Assembly: GCF_000315625.1 (NCBI RefSeq)
Contig: NW_005434433.1
Span: 1-41,123 of the forward strand
DNA: 41,123 bases
Reading direction: 5' to 3'
Source of the DNA: Guillardia theta CCMP2712
Taxonomy: Eukaryota > Protista > Cryptophyta
Part shown: in pieces, positions 38,701-41,123 of the stretch
Layout of the letters: each line of letters begins with the position of its first letter
Position numbering within the stretch: the stretch's first letter is position 1
Notes under the pieces: generated by a model
The model's database searches: none
What the model saw: the letters and a program-made list of their open reading frames with translations, nothing else
Told to the model about the DNA's origin: nothing
Made by a program: the position numbers and the translations under genes

Positions 38701-40762
38701 AAAAGTCTTGTCTCGGTCACGTGATGTGTCACGTGACCGGTCAGGTGAGCCTGTCAGCCGGGTCACGGCCCCTGTCAGCCGGCTGACATGTCACGGGCCT
38801 GCTGACACGGTCCGCTGACCGGTCACGGCCGCCCGGAGAGATCAGGCCCCCGGCCAATCTCCGGACACTTAGCCTCCTGGCGGGCCTCCAGGGGGTCTGA
38901 GGCGGGGCTGAAGGCTGCAGTCGGTCTACTGACGGGCCCGGCCGGCAGGATCCGTCGAGAAACAGGGGGGTCAAGGGAGGTTTTCTTCCCCCTGGGAGAA
39001 ATGTCCTATGGGTTTTTGGATCTGCGATATAAAAAAGTCTTGTCTCGGTCACGTGATGTGTCACGTGACCGGTCAGGTGAGCCTGTCAGCCGGGTCACGG
39101 ACCCTGTCAGCCGGCTGACATGTCACGGGCCTGCTGACACGGTCCGCTGACCGGTCACGGCCGCCCGGAGAGATCAGGCCCCCGGCCAATCTCCGGACAC
39201 TTAGCCTCCTGGCGGGCCTCCAGGGGGTCTGAGGCGGGGCTGAAGGCTGCAGTCGGTCTACTGACGGGCCCGGCCGGCAGGATCCGTCGAGAAACAGGGG
39301 GGGTCAAGGGAGGTTTTCTTCCCCTGGGAGAAATGTCCTATGGGTTTTTTGGATCTGCCATATAAAAAAAGTCTTTGTCTCGGTCACCTGATGTGTCACG
39401 TGACCGGTTAAGTTGATCCTGTTAGCCCGGTTCCGGCCCCTGTCAGCCAGTTGACTTGTCACGGGGCTGGCTGACACGGTCCCCTGACCGGTCCTGCTCC
39501 CCCGAGAGATTAGGTCCCCGGCNNNNNNNNNNNNNNNNNNNNNNNNNNNNNNNNNNNNNNNNNNNNNNNNNNNNNNNNNNNNNNNNNNNNNNNNNNNNNN
39601 NNNNNNNNNNNNNNNNNNNNNNGTGACCCGGCCAGGGAAGCCTGTCAAGCGAGGGTTCCCGGCCCCTGTCAGCCGGACTGACAATGTCAACCGGGCCTGC
39701 TGGACAACGGGTCCGCCTGACCCGGGTCTCGGGCCGCCCCGGGACCAGATCAGGGCCCCCCGGCCCAATCCTCCCGGGACAACTTAAGCCTCCTGGCGGG
39801 CCTCCCAGGGGGGTTCTGAGGCGGGGGGCTGAAAGGCTGCAGTCGGTCTACTGACGGGCCCGGCCGGCAAGGATCCGTCGAGAAACAGGGGGGTCAAGGG
39901 AGGTTTTCTTTCCCCCCTGGGAAAAATGTCCTATGGGTTTTTGGATTCTGCGATATAAAAAAGTCTTGTCTCGGTCACGTGATGTTTCACGTGACCGGTC
40001 AGGTGAGCCTGTCAGCCGGGTCAAGGCCCCTGTCAGCCGGCTGACATGTCACGGGCCTGCTGACACGGTCCGCTGACCGGTCACGGCCGCCCGGAGAGAT
40101 CAGGCCCCCGGCCAATCTCCGGACACTTAGCCTCCTGGCGGGCCTCCAGGGGGTCTGAGGCGGGGCTGAAGGCTGCAGTCGGTCTACTGACGGGCCCGGC
40201 CGGCAGGATCCGTCGAGAAACAGGGGGGTCAAGGGAGGTTTTCTTCCCCCTGGGAGAAATGTCCTATGGGTTTTTGGATCTGCGATATAAAAAAGTCTTG
40301 TCTCGGTCACGTGATGTGTCACGTGACCGGTCAGTGAGCCTGTCAGCCGGGTCACGGACCTGTCAGCCGGCTGACATGTCACGGCCTGCTGACACGGTCC
40401 GCTGACCGGTCACGGCCGCCAGGAGAGATCAGGCCCCGGCCAATCTCCGGACACTTAGCCTCCTGGCGGGCCTCCAGGGGGTCTGAGGCGGGGCTGAAGG
40501 CTGCAGTCGGTCTACTGACGGGCCCGGCCGGCAGGATCCGTCGAGAAACAGGGGGGTCAAGGGAGGTTTTCTTCCCCCTGGGAGAAATGTCCTATGGGTT
40601 TTTGGATCTGCGATATAAAAAAGTCTTGTCTCGGTCACGTGATGTGTCACGTGACCGGTCAGGTGAGCCTGTCAGCCGGGTCACGGCCCCTGTCAGCCGG
40701 CTGACATGTCACGGGCCTGCTGACACGGTCCGCTGACCGGTCACGGCCGCCCGGAGAGATCA
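38698..40762 (-). repeat. Right array: ~6 tandem copies of the 332-bp unit, inverted relative to the left array
   Basis: AAAAAAGTCTTGTCTCGGTCACGTG recurs with 332-bp spacing (38714 to 39046). A 100-N gap (39523-39622) makes the copy number uncertain. The match ends at GAGAGATCA (40762). Confidence 0.97.
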
Positions 40763-41123
40763 CATAGCGTTGTCGCTCTCAACTGACCCCTCTGGTTTCC
40801 AATAGTTTTCTGTGGGGGTATCCTTCCACACATGTGAATAGCAAATGGCAGTTGGGGTCTGGGGTGGGTCAGTCGGCTGGGAGCTGATTCAAATTGGTTG
40901 GGACCTGTTTAAGGGGGTAGGGTACTTCCTGGTAGCAAATAATTGTACCAACAGTACCAATTTTATGGTACATATTCGAGTACTGTTAGGAAAACTTGTA
41001 CCAAAATAGTTTATGCGGTACCTCCCCTGTTCAAACTATGATGCTTTGGACCCACCTGTTTCCCAGTGAAAGTGCCTTCTCCGATGGGGTCAAGTTTTGG
41101 ACCCTACCCTGCCTCCGACCAAC

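Larger units (their letters stand above)
31..40762. mobile_element. Putative endogenous herpes/mirusvirus-like (Duplodnaviria) element or genome segment bounded by inverted tandem-repeat arrays
   Basis: The same 332-bp unit is arrayed in opposite orientations at both ends. The interior is compact and ORFan-rich, with a herpes-type terminase, primase, kinase, cap methyltransferase, Pol II-type TATA/AATAAA signals and spliceosomal introns. No TSD or integrase seen, so integration status is inferred. Confidence 0.7.

Noticed and set aside
39340-39960. Diverged repeat copies beside the gap
   Set aside because: Errors rise toward the N gap and are mostly homopolymer insertions, typical of low-quality read ends rather than real divergence.
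31-40762. Polinton/Maverick or Teratorn-type transposon
   Set aside because: No retroviral-type integrase, protein-primed PolB, jelly-roll capsid or piggyBac transposase recognised; ends are asymmetric in repeat phase and no TSD is visible.

Overview
About 38 kb of gene-dense DNA (733-38697) that looks eukaryotic-viral, bracketed by two inverted arrays of one GC-rich 332-bp tandem repeat (31-732 on +, 38698-40762 on -), with short unrelated flanks. The clearest marker is a herpesvirus/mirusvirus-type terminase large subunit on the - strand. It is split by GT-AG spliceosomal introns, one of which holds two antisense genes, and its Walker-A exon is not recognisable anywhere in the window. Other genes: a PriS-like primase, a Ser/Thr kinase and a possible pseudokinase, a ~2020-aa protein ending in a VP39-type cap 2'-O-methyltransferase, a ~4200-aa Cys-rich membrane protein lacking a clear N-terminus, a frameshifted possible triplex-like gene, F-box-like and DRAM/Frag1-like genes, and many ORFans. 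Non-coding signals: an origin-like AT-centred palindrome (8700-8945), two 13-bp-period TCTAGCAC arrays, a recurrent TATTTAA promoter 24-33 nt before ATGs, and AATAAA signals. I recognise no major capsid, portal, protease, DNA polymerase, helicase or integrase/transposase. Best reading (inference): a repeat-bounded, incomplete segment of a nucleus-replicating Duplodnaviria (mirusvirus/herpes-like) element, probably in a protist genome assembly. All protein calls are from motif recognition by eye, not database searches.
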